From contig CP154954.1 in NCBI GenBank assembly GCA_039621445.1, positions 2,976,001 through 3,037,322 of the forward strand: a DNA stretch of 61,322 bases. The letters are read 5' to 3'. The notes beneath the pieces are model-generated. The model was not told the DNA's origin and did not search any database. It worked only from the letters and a program-made list of their open reading frames with translations. Both the position numbers and the translations under genes were made by a program. Below are positions 12,323-26,629 of the stretch, one piece after another. Origin of the DNA: Euglena gracilis. Taxonomy: Eukaryota. Each line of letters begins with the position of its first letter. The first letter of the stretch is position 1.

Positions 12323-15300
12323 TCCCCGGGCTGACTGGGCGGCGGGCCCGTCGGCGCCGCTCACCCGCCCGTCCCCGCACCGTGCTGCCGGATGTGGGGA
12401 CGTGCAGGGTTGCTTATGCCTGCCCTCCCCCTCCTGGCTGCTTTTTTTTTTGGTTTCTGTTGGTTTGGGGACACCGATTAACTCCTTTTGGCAGGGCGTC
12501 TGGTTTCTGGCGCCTGCGTTTCTCTTGACGTTGCTCTCTGTGGTTTTGTTTTGGGGGAGAGTTTGCATTTTTGCCCCCAAAACCTGACTTGTCCAGCGTA
12601 CCTCCCGAGTGAGTGCTTGCCACCAAGCACCTATGAAATGACCGGGCGTGAGCGGGCATGACTGGGTCTGGGATTCTGGAGAGTTTGCTTGCCTGCTACT
12701 CATTCCAGCCAAGCAACTGCATGGGTGGGACTGTCTCACCGGCAGCGCATGGCCTTGTCATCGCTGTGCCGCTCTCCACGCAAGCGGCCCTACATGCAGG
12801 CGTCCTGAGCGGGCAACTGATGTCGCGGTTAGCGTCTGCCTGCCTCTGATCCCCCTCTGATTTGTCCCAGCCTACTCATTCCAGCCGCAAGGCCGCGGCG
12901 CCCCCTGGCATTGTCCTGGTGGCTGTTCCACGGGCCTGGGTTGCGGTGGTGTCATGGCGGCCAGGCAGATCTCTGACACAACAGGACGGTCTGCCTCCCT
13001 CTGATCCTCCTGGTCCTAATGTCCCCCCCCCCCAAAGGCGCGCCATGCCACCATCATCCAGTTTTCTCCTTTGGCCCACCTTGGCAATGTCACTTTGTTT
13101 GCTTTGCTGTGTTGGGGATGTTTCAGCGTGCACGCTTCTCATCCTGGGGGTTGCATTTTCCATTCAATCCAAAAACTCGAGCGATCATTGCACCATTTCA
13201 CACCATTCCTTTTTATTCGGTCTTCCATTTTAGGGCAGTTGTCGGCCTGCTTCCACTCGTTTCTAACCTGGCTACCCCGACTGGCCCTCAATGTGTGGTC
13301 CACGTGGGCTCGTGATCGACTCAAAAGTCTGACAACCCGTACCCAGACTTTCTCCTCCCTCCTCCCTCCCTCCCTCCCTCCCTCGCTACATTTTTTGTGC
13401 ACCTGTGCACTTGGGCAGGTGCACCCCTGTATGTACCGTGGTAGCTTCTGTGGAGATGGTTGGAGCTATTGTCTTTTCTGTTTCAGATAGAGCTTTCAGC
13501 CCCTCCCCCCGAATGAGATCTCCAATGTAAGCGCTCGGTTTAGATGCCGGTTTGCATTTCCGTCGCTTTTATCCAAAAAGAATCTCAGCGGTGGCTGCTT
13601 TGGGTCAGCATTTATTTTGGCGGTGCACACAACTAACCCCCCCCCCCCCATGTTCTCAGGGCCCCTATTCACTAACGTGGTCCGATAGTTGGGTTGACCC
13701 TGGCCTTCATCGGTGCTGGCCAAGCGGTGGGGAGAACCCAAGGATTCAGTGGGTACACAATGAGCTGACAGTGACCTACAACGACCTAACCCCCCCCCCC
13801 CATCCCCAAAATAAGATGCCCGTCTTTGGGTCTGTTGCTGGGAACCTCCTATTTATGGGGGGTCTTATTTTTGGATTTTTTTCTTGACTGACCCAGGCCC
13901 GAAAAAAACTTTATATTATTTTTCAGAACACTAAAAACAGGCTGGCATCGACCTCCCCAGCGCAACAGCACCCACCAAAGCGGCCACGCTATTCCCCGCA
14001 ACTAGGGCGTGAGACTGGGGGGACGGCGTGGTGCTAGTTCATGGCAACCAACTGCCGGAGAAAGGTAGCCCCAAACACCCGTTTCTTTGGGCACAGGAAG
14101 TGTTGAACCTTTACCACTCGATTGGTTGCATGAAAGCGGTGGGACTTACCACCCACAAACCATGCGCAAAACTGGTGCGTTTCAAGAGAAACGGTGGAGA
14201 ATACCAGAAAATGGGTTTCGGCCCGACGCATCCGGGTATTTCAGGTACCAAATTTTGAATTCTGCTTCTTGTAACGCAGTACTGTTGCAGACAAAGCGTC
14301 GAACAGTCCGGCCGTGTGGGCCGGGGAACAGCAGTGCAAATGTTCGCACATTAAGGCAGGCAAATGCTCGCACGTCAGATGACGTGTTCAAGTGAACATT
14401 ATGCACTACTTCACACCACAAATTTCATCACCACACAGTCGTGGTGCAAATCAATGGCTGGCGTGCGGAACTGCGTTCGCACGTCACAGACCGTCACAGA
14501 CCAGGAGATGGTATCGCACGACTGATATGTGTTTGTGCACGTATTTGCGCCAACAAACAAATTTTGTTTGTGTGTGCTAAGGCTTGCACAACGCACTATT
14601 TTGAAGTGAATGATTAAATGTTCGTGCGCGCATTTGCACCAACAAAGAAATTTGGTTTGTGTATGCAAATGCGCGCACCAACACACCTATCACGCCGCGA
14701 GCACAAACAAATTGGGTTTATGAGCGCATTTGCGCGCACACAACACAAAACGTTGAAGTTAAGACGACACGTCCTTGCGCAAATGCGCCCACAAACAAAT
14801 TTTATTTGTGGGCGCAAATGCGCGCCAACATCTTGGGGAAACTAGTATGCAGAACGGTTTGTGCATGGGCGCAGACGAACACTGATGATTACCACAACCC
14901 TAGAAGGTTTTCGGACATTTGCACGCACAAACACACATCAGTTGCGTGACGGCTGGCGAACGCAGTATGCAGTATGTGATGTAATATTGCACCGTGTGTC
15001 CTTACAGGCGGCTGTAGTGCCCAAGCCAGTTCAGGCACCACATCAGCACCAGTACCAATTGTCGGAACAGCGGGTGTGTGCTTCCCACCTGTTTGACACC
15101 AGAGAGCACCCATCTCACCCTCTGCCCTTTTCGCGTCACTCGGTAAGCAGCATGTGTACCAAACTACCTGGAGTTACAGCCGTCCAATACAGGGTTGCAA
15201 CAGTTCATAAATTGTTTTGCTTGTGTCAGGGTACAGGGTCCATGTGTTTCATAAAAATTGTAAATTTGCCCAAATGTACCCATTCTCAAGAAAAAGCCTT

Positions 15301-16082
15301 TAAGTGCGATTCTGGCCGCCTAAGACCCTGGGTCTTCTTTTTTGGTCCGTTGCTGAAAATCCCAATGGGGTGCTCTTTTTCGGCGGGTCTGTTTTCTTTA
15401 TTTTTGCTGAAAATTTGGCAGCACAAAACCTTCCTGCGCGCGGGGGGGGGGGTCCAAACAGAAGTCCAAAAAAGAGTGGCTCTTGCTGGTGAGCGAAAAA
15501 TTACCTCAAAAAACTGGTGGGCAAAATCAAACAAGTCCAAAATACTCCGTTTTGGGGGCATTTTCACAGTTTTTTGGGGTCCATTTTTGTATTTCCCCCA
15601 AACATCCCGAGGGATTGTTTTTTGGGGTCTAGTTTTTGGATTTTTGCTCAAAACCGGCAGGGGGTCTTGTTTTTGGGTTAGAATTGGCCGTTGTTGCCAC
15701 AGGATGGTTGCTGCCACCGAGTCCACGCCACACGCACGCTGTGCCTATGGCGAAGAGGCGGCGTCTCACTGGAATTTTCACTTTCTTGTGATTTTCACCT
15801 TTTTCCTTTCACAATTGACATTCTTTTTTCTTTGCTTCGCTTTGCAGTTATCTTTCGATCAATTTCTCTCCTTTGTGCATTTTTTTTTACGTTTCTGGGG
15901 ATGCAATTTCCTTTCTGGGCATACTGCAGTTTTTTTATTTGTTTTCAATTTAGCGCTTGTTTGTCGTTTTTTTTGCATTTTTTTCGAGCCTAGTGAATGA
16001 GTCTAGTGAATGGGCCCCTGACCTTCACACATACTGACAGACAGCCAACCAGACAGAAAAACCTGTAAACAAACTAACAAAC

Positions 16083-16086
<4 letters not shown>

Positions 16087-16125
<39 letters not shown>
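16087..16125. repeat. (AG)n microsatellite
   Basis: Direct reading. Confidence 0.95.
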
Positions 16126-16127
<2 letters not shown>

Positions 16128-17272
16128 TGTCAACGAACAGTTGAGAGATTAGTGTTAATGCACGTAACAATTGCCTGGTATCAACAAGGAATCCAGGCTT
16201 TTCAGGAAGGTCACACCCTCTTGACCCCCCCCCCCCAGGGTTCCCTCTTTCCCCCCTGTGGAGCTGTAAAGCCGCACGATACTCCCATTACACCTCAGTG
16301 GGGTGCTGCTGTGCAATGTCCCACCTCCGATGCGCGGCTCATTTCACCGGCAATCCTGCCATGGGCCTTGTCATACGATATCCTCTCCCGCAGAGCAGAG
16401 AACGGCGGGTGGGCAACCCAGCACGCCATTGGGCTCTCCTACCCTGAAGCCAGACCTCACTGGGAGCAGTCTGTGGAATGGCAGCAGCGGTAGCAGAAGT
16501 GGACCCACCCACAATTCTTTCTATACCCAACCTGGGGGGGTAGGGGGTGGTTTCGCCGGACCCCCCAAGGCAGGGTTCGATAGAAGGAGGGCGTAGTTTA
16601 GGTGGGGGTGTTTAGGTGTGGGTAGTTTAGGCGTGGTTTAAGTGGGGGTGTCCCCCCCCCCTCCCCTCCTGGACGGACCTCCCCACCTGCCAAGGGGGTA
16701 GGTCCGGACTGAATGCGGGGGGGGGGTACCCGCCCCCTCCCCCAAAGTCAAATTTTTCCTCCGGCGCTTTGCACCATTTTTTTTTGCATTTTTGCAGGAG
16801 GAAATGGGTATCCACAATTTTTCCACAAATTCCGTAATTTCTCGCATTTATCTGCAATTTTCCGAAATTTTTCAACAATTTCTTTCCCCTTCCGCAATTT
16901 TCCGCATAAACCTGAAATGGAAGGTGAAATGAGTTCCGACAACCTTTCACAAGGGAACCCAGGTGCTCTTGTTTGTTATTTTGTTGCAAATTTGCCAAAT
17001 TTGCTTAATTTTACAAATATTGTCAAAAAATTGGCAATTTCTCGGCCTTTTTTAGATTTCCCCCCCGACTTCTGCTGGGAAATAATTCCTCCTAAGAAGA
17101 ACTTCACATCCTGGACCAGATTTTACCCGAGACCAAAGTTTTTGCAATTCTCTTTGGCAGTTTTGGATCAAGAAATTCCACATTTCCAGAATCAGCATGT
17201 TTCCAAATTTACAAGAAGCATGTTTTTTGGACCTTTTTGTTGGAAAAAATGTGAATAACGGCTCAAAGCTTA

Positions 17273-17696
17273 CACCCCCCCCCAATTAGAAGCCCCCCGG
17301 GGCTACTATTCGGTCACTCTGCGGAAAACCCGACGGGGGGGGGGGCTTCTAATTGGGTACCCTTTGTCTAAAGGAAAACCTTCAGCCGGCGGTCGATCTG
17401 GGAATCGAACGGGGTCCAAGTTTAAAAATTCGCAAGACTCATTTTTTCTAGCTTTTGGGTGGATAGGCCATGTTTCAAGGATACCGGATATCAATTTCGT
17501 TCCCAATGTTGACCTTTTTCATGGAGAATTTTCGAGGTTTTCACCATTTTTCGGAATTTTTTTTGTCAAATTTCCCCCGGCTTTGCCAGGGGAGGGGGGG
17601 GGGGCTGTTATTTGGATTTTTGGTGGGAAACCTGAGGGGGGGGGGCTTCTATTTGGGGGGTTTGTTTTTTGGGGGGGGCTTCTAATTGGGGGGGTT
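17273..17696. mobile_element. TA-flanked MITE with C-tract TIRs (Tc1/mariner-pogo type)
   Basis: cccccccaattagaagcccccc / ggggggcttctaattggggggg, TA on both sides. Confidence 0.7.
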
Positions 17697-20600
17697 TATG
17701 TTGTCAAATGGCCAAATTTGTGATAATTTCCTCAGTTTCCTCCATCAGAAGTGCAACCCCCCCTACTTATAACCCCCCCCCCCCGGGGTTATAGGTTCCT
17801 GTTTGGTGGTCGGTCCCAAGGGGGGTTATAAGCGGGGGGAGGGTTATACGTCAAGGTTTTGTGTGTGGCCAAAAACAGGTCCAAAAATACCCTCTATTTT
17901 TGCACCAGGAGGGTAAAACAAGGGATTTTGGGCAGTTTTATGGTTTTTGCCAAAGCCTCATAAATTGGCATGCCCACCACGCCCTTTTTGCTACTTGCTT
18001 CTTACTTAGGAGGCATAAACTGCCCAAAAGTTTAAACCCCCTCGAAACGGAAAAGGAAGCGGAAAAACGCTTCCAAAAACGGCCTGTTTTTTTGAAGGTT
18101 TTAGAAGAGGTACCGATTTCGGCCATTTCTGATTGGACGTTTGGCTTGCAGTAACGAAGTTTTAGAAACCCCCAAAACCACCTGAAATGCCACTAAAATT
18201 TTGAAATTTAGTCTAAACGAACAAAAACCCTACAGAAACTTCAAAGACAGCAATAAAGTGCAAATACACACCTCATGTCGGCTGCCGCCGGAGACAGAAG
18301 AAGGCGAAACCCCCTGCAAAAGGGGGAAAATAATAAATACAAAATATTGGAAGCGGTAAAAATGACGCTTCAAAATCATTCACGTCACCGAAATCGACAC
18401 CGGAAGAATCATACCTAACGGATTAACAATGCAAAGTCAAGAAAATTTTCCAAAAACGAAAAGGAAGCGGAAAACCGCTTTAATGAGAAACGGTAAAATT
18501 ATAGGCAGATGGAAGGGGATGCAATTCAAACAGTGAATAATAATGTCAACATACATTCGTTCAGCATTTCCGGAGGGGTGTGATGAACCGCACGCACTCA
18601 GTAGTAATCATTGGCATTAAGTTTAACTAGTGCATTTCCTAGAAGAGATTACAGCCACAACAAATGGTATACAAATGTAAGACGCAGAACGATACAGACC
18701 TGTAGTCAAAGTCCGCGCTTGAGGTACTGGGCCATCATAAGCGGGTAGGAGGAAAACCTGCAAAAACAATCAGGAAAACGATGAAGCGGTTTTCCGCTTC
18801 CTCAAATTGGAGACAAGGAAATTAGTCCAAAACAAACTGTATTGTACTGGTCCCAAACTAAGTACATTGCCAACATCACTGAGCCAACTGAATGTAGAAT
18901 GTAATGACATATGCCAAACTTGAACTAACCAACAAACGTGAATCCCGCATCAAACAATACTGAGAAGATGCATTGTATCACGAAGAAAAGAACCTAAACT
19001 GAGCAAGTTGTGGGTTTGTAATTTTGATTCTCAAAACAAAGGTCACAGCTGGAGCAAACCCCACAGCCCCCAGTTCCGCAGCCATGCCAAAGGCAAACAC
19101 AAAGGAAAGAAAACAGCGAAATGGGTGGGTGTGGTGTGGCGAAGGTGTGCGCATGGTTGGGGACTGGGTCTGGGTGTGGGTCCACCACCGTAATTGACTG
19201 GTTTCGCAGTGTTTTTTGGCTCTCTCCTCTGGTGAGGTCGGCCAGAACGACTGATAATTGCTGCCTGGCGCCAAAGGAATCGGATTTGAAAAATGTGCCA
19301 AAGTCATCAATTGAGAGCCATTGTTGCAAGGGACCGGGGTTTTCTTAGGTCGGAGGGGGTCCGACCCCCCCCCCCCCGGGGTCCAGCCAGCCAGCATCCT
19401 GTTTCCAGCCAGCACCTCCCAGCTGGGCTGCGGACTCCCCCCCTGGGGTCGGCTGAAATACAGTTGGGTTCTTCCTGGCGAAGCCGGGCTGGACCGAAAT
19501 TTTTTTCAGCGAAAAGCACCGAAAATTTTTGGAAAAGGGGTCAAAAATGGCCAAAAATGGTATTTTGGATGGTCTTTGGGTTTTCACCTCCAAATTTTGG
19601 CTGAAAAACCAAAATCCGAAAAGCCAACCCAGCTGGATTTGGGCTTTTTTTGAGGGAATTTTTGGGAACCCTCCGGGGCCTGCTCCCAGCTGGCCAGACT
19701 CCCCCCCCCTTTGGACCCACCCTGCCCTGGGGGATGGTGTCCAGCCAGCACCTTTTTACAGCTGGCCCGCATGATCCCCCCCCCCGGATGGTCCGAAAAC
19801 CCGTGGTGACCAACCCCCTTTTCCAAAATCGATTGAGTGGCTTTCGAAAGTGGAACGCCATGCCTTTTGCTTTCGTTTTGCCGATGCGATGAGTGGGGGA
19901 AAACTGGCAATTTATACCAAAACGCGGAGGCAGGGCTGTACGGGAACGCCTTGTTGAACCCTCCCCCGCCCTGGAAGATGGGGAGGGTGGGGGTAGGAGC
20001 TGACACCAACTGTGGTTTTTTTTTGCAAGAGAAAATTCACGGTTTTTGACCCAAAAGAAAAACCGACGCAGAATCGCACTCAAGGGAATTTTAGGCCTGG
20101 TTCAGTGATTTTTGAAGGGTTCTTGCTTGGTTTTCGATCCAACGAGCAGGGGTCTTTGCGTTTGCGGTGGCTGCCCCTGTCTGAGCCAAAGCGGGTCTTC
20201 GCTGTCCTCCTTCAACCCCGCTTCATATACCAAGGAAAACTATAACTATTTCATCTGAGCCTGTTCTTGTCTGGCAACGGTTGGCAATGCTGTACGTGAC
20301 GCCTCCATTCAGATGTAGTTCTCAATCACAGAAAATTTCCCAGAGACCCACAAAGGGATGCCAAGAATGACCAATCTTAGTCCAACCTGTGACTTCGCAT
20401 CTTTGGGGGGTCCTGTGGATTGCGTACCCAAGAACCCCCAACGGTTGCCAGTGCAGACAGAGGCCTCTTGCCCGTTCTTGCCTCTTCGTGGCAAGTTGAC
20501 GTCCGTCGTGCACGCACAATGCGGTACATGACGAAGCGATGCGTGTGGGCTTCATCGTCGCGTTGTGCATCTGGTGGGGGGACCAAGCAGGTGAGGGAGC

Positions 20601-21287
20601 CCTGGCCGAAAGAATGACGATCAGCGACGTCATCCATCACACCACGCACCACAAATCCCACAACAGGAGGCCCACGGAACGGGGAGCACAGCCCCCCCCC
20701 CCCCAGTGATTATGTGTCTTTACGAACACCCACCCAGAGCCACTTCTGAAGAAAATACAGCACTATCAACCGCCGGTTGGTCCAGCAGCCCAACCCCGCC
20801 CACCGCCCACCCACTCTCAAGAACCCACCACCCCCATGCCTCTTGGGGGGTGCCCCCCACCCTTGGAGACTCTCCTTTGCTGTGAAACTTTCGGCGGGAC
20901 ACATACTCAAACCCCCTGGATGGGGGGGAAGTCTAGGTAGGAACATTTCGGTGATCTGGTGGCCGCAATTAAAAAACCAGAGGATTAACATGATGGAAGA
21001 AAACTGCATTCATAATGTTTGACGGCTGTTCTTTCAGCAACCAACGCGGCATGCATCGATAATGGGAAACATATCTTAGTCCCCCCATTAAATTTCATTT
21101 TGAATTTTCAACAATACTAAACATTTTTGAAACGTGTTGCAATGCAGTCCACCCGGTTGGAGCGATCTGCCCCCAACCTCTGATCATCCGAAGGTCCAGA
21201 CGTCTCAATCCGATCTACGCCTTCCTGCCACCCCTCCCACCTCCACCACGGTTCTCCAGCGTTCCGTGCCCCCCCCCCCCAAGCCGT

Positions 21288-21457
21288 ATGGCCACGCCGT
21301 TCAGCCTCATGCAGCAGCTCCCCGGCAAGTCTGACCTGTGGCTGCAGCTGCGCGGCTCCGAAGCTGCCCGGACCGCCCCCAGGCCATAGAGCCATCCCCC
21401 CAAGGTCAGCCCCCCCCCCCCTGACTTGGGTGGCCCGGACTGCTCCCAGACCACATG
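21288..21457 (+). repeat. Conserved coding-like module copy 3, with a stop codon and a duplicated 3' tail
   Basis: MATPFSLMQQLPGKSDLWLQLRGSEAARTAPRP*, followed by a second gcccggactgctcccagaccacat. Confidence 0.8.
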
Positions 21458-24400
21458 AAAGGCAGTCTGTCACAGCATACCAGACATGGGGGAGGTGGAT
21501 GCACCCTGGTGTAACCCCCCCAAATAATATCTCCCCTCCCCGGGTTATTATTTTTTCGCCCGAAGTCCCGCACGAGGGGTGGGTATTATTTGGGGGGGTA
21601 ATAGCTCCCCAGAATTTTCGAAGTTTTTCGAAGTCACATAGGACCCAAAATAGCACCCAACCCCCCCTTTTTGGTCATTTATTTTATTTTCTCATGAAAT
21701 TTAGCATTTTTGGACGCCAGATGATCCAGAAAAATCTTTTTGTAAGGAGTAATTTTTTTGTGTAATTTATTGTCAAAGATGGTTATTTATTTACCTACAT
21801 TTTCAAAATCGGGTCGTCGGCCCGAAATTAGGGGGGGGGGGCGGGGGTATTTTTTTTAAGCTGTCAGAGAATTTTTTTCCCTGCCAATAATTGAATATGG
21901 AGGATGTTTTTCAAAAAAAATTTCCTTTTTTTCAGCATGTATTTTTTACATTTAAAGGCCTAAATATGCTTATAAAACCAGAGAAGACAATTGATAATGA
22001 AAATAGTTAATTTGCACAAAACGATATAATTGCAAAAATGTGCTTTTTGCCACACAAACCACTTTTGGAATCAAGTGTTAAGTTAAGTTGTCTAAAATTA
22101 TGTACCTCAATCGCAGTTTATTAAGTTTGAAAAAATGAAATATTTCCCTCGAAATCAAATGCATCTCTAATAATTCAGGAAGCTTTTATTTTCAACGTTT
22201 TTAAACAGCAAAAGGGCGAAAAAGGAGCCAGAATGAAATATAATTTCTTCTATACATTTATTTGCATGTTTTGAAAAGTTATCGGTCATTTGTTTATGGG
22301 GCAAGGTAATGTTGGGTAATCTATAAATATATTTTATGTTTCCCAATGTGTTTCCCTTTTTTTATTTTCTCCAAATTATATTGCCCCAACGTATTTTTTT
22401 TTGTGTGCGAAGGTTTTGATTTGTCTGCATTTTGGTTTTTTATATTGTTTCTGCATTTTTCTTGATCCATTCGGAATGAAAATTAATGGAATGAGTGTTA
22501 TAAGAACATGGATTAAAAAAGAGGTTGTGTAATTTTGATGAAACAAATTAGATTTTTTTTGTGACGGGGAATTTGGAGGTTTTCCCCCCTCTGAAGATAG
22601 TAGGACAGTTTCTCGAAAGAAAAGCTGTGACAGTTTTTTTGCGAAGATAATTCAGAGTTCAAATTTTCATTGGTCGGTCCCACCCTTCTCGGGGCTTCTC
22701 ATATATCCCTGATCCGTGCTTGCAACTCTGGAATGCTTGGACCAGGCTCGTCTATTGGTTGCCGCACATTTTCACTATGTGGGTCGCCAGGTGTCTGAAA
22801 GAAGTGGATTAGATTAATACTGACTTTTGTGAGGTGTCGGTGAATTCTCAAGAGCGTAACTAACTAAGAGTGCCCCCCCCCCCCCAGGCGCTTGGCCCGG
22901 GCCACGACTGAAGGCAAGGCCGGGGGGCCAACCTCAGGAGCCAAGTTTGCGTGTTGAGGATTTCAGTGAGCCATGTGCAAAAGAGGACCAAAGCATTAAT
23001 GGGGGGCCAAATTGCAAGTTAAGGCTGAAGACCAACTTCAGGGGGGCCAAGTTTGCACGTAAGAAGGAGCGAACCCAACCGCCCAGGGAGGGGGGAGTAA
23101 GTTTTCATGTTTAAAATTTCACGAACATTCCACTGTACAATGCAATAAACAATTTCTGTTTTGGTAGTTTATTTTTCAACACATGTTTGTGGTTGGGACT
23201 CTAAACCCCGTCCATTATGGTTTCGCATTGTTGGAAGCAAATCTAGCCCGTTGTGAAAGCTTACGGTTCCTTCCATCGCTGCTGGGCAGTCATGGTTCCA
23301 CCATTCAGTGACCTCTTTCTTTGACTGTGGTCTTTGTTGTTGGTGAACAGTCAGTGATGGCGTGCCATTTGTTCCTGCTTGCTGCTTGCTGCTTGCTGCT
23401 TGCCGAGCAGCCAGTTAAATTGTCTTGCAGGCACAGCCCCAACTGCCTGCCCTGTTTCGTGGCCGACCCTTTTTGGAAAGGCTTGTCGTTCGACATTTGG
23501 AGGGTTGGCAAATGCGATTTAGGCAAGTTTGTCGATCTTGCATTTAAGTTTTTTGGTACCTAGAATGATATTCAAATGCGCTTTTTTGAAAAAAAACCAG
23601 GAGACTTCGAGAATTCCATTTTTTTTCCGACAACATTAAAATGCTCCAGCCCACAGTGCTAAAAAAAATATTTAAAGAAAGTGCCGCAGGTCCAAGTCGA
23701 CCTCATCCCAGTTCCATCAGCGCAGCCTTGACCGCCGAGTTTCTGCTTCCTTGGTGCAAGGTCCCAAGTGCCTTGTCGCTGTTCCTCATTATTCTCCGGG
23801 CATTTGATGTCTTTCTGGTCAGTTGGTTTGCAGCTGTTCACAAATAAATATTTCCTCCCATTTTTTTCTTGGCATCATTTTTTGGCCTCTTGGGCTTTTT
23901 GTGCTCTTCAAGGGATTCCCACCAGGTTTTCACTGGGTAATACATTGCAACCGACCAGGTTCTATTGTCTGAGCTATCAAGGTGGTTATCCTTGGACAAC
24001 TGCCCCCCCCCCCTCCTTATAACAGAGAGACGAACACTTTCTTGAACACGTTTGGGGGTTTGGCTTTCCAGTGTGTCAATCTTGGGGTTCAGATAGGATT
24101 AGGGTCGCTGAGCTCTTGTCCCTTTATGAGTAACATCGAAGCTTTCCAGGGGGACCCCCCCCCCCCGACACCCCGCCTCTTGGGCTACATATTTAGAACT
24201 CCGTTTCCCGGTATGAACTGCCTCCCTAACCAGGGAGTTGTTTTTTTTTATATAGGGAAACCTCCCACATGGTCCCGGTAGCCCTTAAAGTAATCCCAAT
24301 GATCCAGAAATAACTCCCCGGGTAGCCAAGTTGTCAAAAGGACTCCATGGGAGAACTCAAGCCATGAGCAACGCCCCATCTAGCGGTACCTGACTTTCCC

Positions 24401-25442
24401 AGTAACCCCACCGCTGGCCAAAGTTACGCGCCGAATCCCTGCCCCCGTTTTTTGACATGTTTTTTTTTGGCCTTTTTGGCCCGTTTTTGGCCAAAATGGG
24501 CAAAAAAACACAATGTTCAAAATATTCTGAAAATAAAGCAAATGAAAGAAAATGTTTAAAGTATCAGATGAAACCCTGAGAACTCCCTACCTCCCGTTAC
24601 GCCCCACCTGGTTCGATACTTTATGTTATGACCCTTTTTCGACCAATGTTGGGCTGTTTTTGGGCCAAAAAATCACAAAATATCTCGAAAATGCCTCAAA
24701 ATCAAACAAAAAAATCCAAAAAAAATGGGCTGATTGTTGCCAGGCTTAAATCCAAAACGCAAAGCCATTTGTTTCTTGCCAGCTGACACACCCCGTATCA
24801 ACTGCATTTTTCCCATTCCCAAAATGCCATTTTCTTTGTGGTTCAGTGCACATGACATGGCGTGTCCATGACACCCCCCCCCCCCCCGTGTCAACCGCAC
24901 TTTCCCCATATTTTGGCGTGTCAGGACGGGGGGGGAGGGTGGTGTGGAATGGGTTCACCCAGTTAGTCTGACGTTTATGGTAGGGTTTAGGTTTGGTGTC
25001 ACCCTCCCCTCAAATGAACCCCCCCCCCAATATAAACCACCTGGGGGCTTTGTTTGGTGACCAAGTATGACCCCCATGCCGATAAGCATCGCACAAGCGG
25101 CACAAGACAGGAAAAACCCCCAAAATGCATTGTTTTTTTTCTGATAGTTTTTCACGTCGTTTTTGTGGATGTTTAGACGGAAAGGTTGATTGAACCACCC
25201 ACGAAAGGAACGATCGATGGAATGCCACTGATTGATGGTAATTAGTCAGCTTAGCCTCCCTGGTGGCCTTTGGACGGTATGTCTGTGTTGAGCCCCCCCC
25301 CCCCCGTTTCTGAATTTGGAGTGATCCAAGGTTTGCTGTATAACAAAGAAGGAATACTTTTCTAGTTTCCAGGAGAAGGTCTGGGAGGCACCCCCGGAAG
25401 CACCAGGCTCCAGGCAGCTGAGGTGGGTGCTTCTCCCAAGTA

Positions 25443-25792
25443 CCCGCCCCCCCCTTGTCGTTGACACGGCATGTCGTTGACACACCCCCCGTGTCAACGA
25501 CACTTTCCTGGAACATATTTTTCTTTTGCGTTGGCCACAGTTTCTGACAAATTTCAGCCAGGGCATTGCAAAAATGTGCCGAATCTTCTTTCCAGCCATG
25601 GCTTCGAATGTCATCCCCATATGCACCGGCCACAGTGTGGCGGACATGCATTCACAGGGTCATTCATTGTTGCTGGCACGGTCAATTTTTTTTATGGTAC
25701 TGTGTCGTTGACACGGCGTGTCGTTGACACACCCCCCGTGTCAACGACACTTTCCTGGAAATTGGCGTGTCAACGACAAGGGGGGGGGGAGG
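25443..25792. mobile_element. TA-flanked MITE with gtgtcgttgacac subterminal repeats
   Basis: TIRs ta|cccgc-(C tract)-ttgtcgttgacac / gtgtcaacgacaa-(G tract)-agg|ta; related fragments near 24780-24940, 31740-31815 and 33480-33563. Confidence 0.75.
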
Positions 25793-26248
25793 TATGTTAT
25801 TGGATGTTTTAGGTCGCTTTTTTCCAAAGGCCATGTTGCGTTCATCCACCCTGGTGATGAATCAGATTCCAAACATCAAATGCTTCTTAAATTTGATGTA
25901 TCATTTTTAATTTGGATATTAAGAATCCATTACCTGAATACCATCCAGCGCACAGACAACACAGGTGCAAGGGGTGCTGCACCCATGCACCGATGTGATG
26001 TGTCGGCACGAGATTCCCCATTTGTTTTGTGAGGTGTTGGTGCTCTAACAGGAAGAAATATCGACTGGCGGGCCGGGGGGAGGTCTACCGGGGGGGGGTC
26101 CAATGGGGAACATCCGGGACCACATCCCAACAAGGTCAAACTGTTTCTTCCAGCGCTTGGATTCAAAATGCTTTTCCCATTGACGAGATTTCGTCAGGAA
26201 GTGCCAAGATTTTTTTGGACGATTTGAGAAAAAAATTCATGTCCCAAA

Positions 26249-26629
26249 CAGGCATTTGCTTAAGGGATTGCAGTACCCCGGGGGGGGCTGGACTGCAGCT
26301 AGTCCAAATTTGGCTAGTGGGATTTCTAGCAGACCCCCCCCGGGGGGGTCTGTAGCAGGGCTAGCTAGTGAATTTTTTCCAGTGACCGGCGCGAAGCGCC
26401 GAAAATTTCTTTGGGGAGTTTTTGGAACAAAATCAGCCAAAAGCCTATTAAAAACCTCATTTTTCCTCCGGAGCTGTGCGCCGGAGGAATTTTTTTTTCC
26501 AGTTCGGGGGACCCCCAGACCCCCCCCCCCGGGGGGAGGGGGGTCTAGCTAGTCCTTTTTTTTCCAGTGTCTAGGCGATTGGCTAGCCAGTACCCTCCTC
26601 CCCCCCGGGGGTCCTTAAGCAAATGCCTG
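26249..26629. mobile_element. MITE with CAG...CTG ends; TSD not preserved
   Basis: Perfect 17-bp TIR caggcatttgcttaagg / ccttaagcaaatgcctg. Confidence 0.8.

Noticed and set aside
14861-16000. 379-aa ORF
   Set aside because: Crosses repeat boundaries, ends in T-rich low complexity and has no domain motifs.
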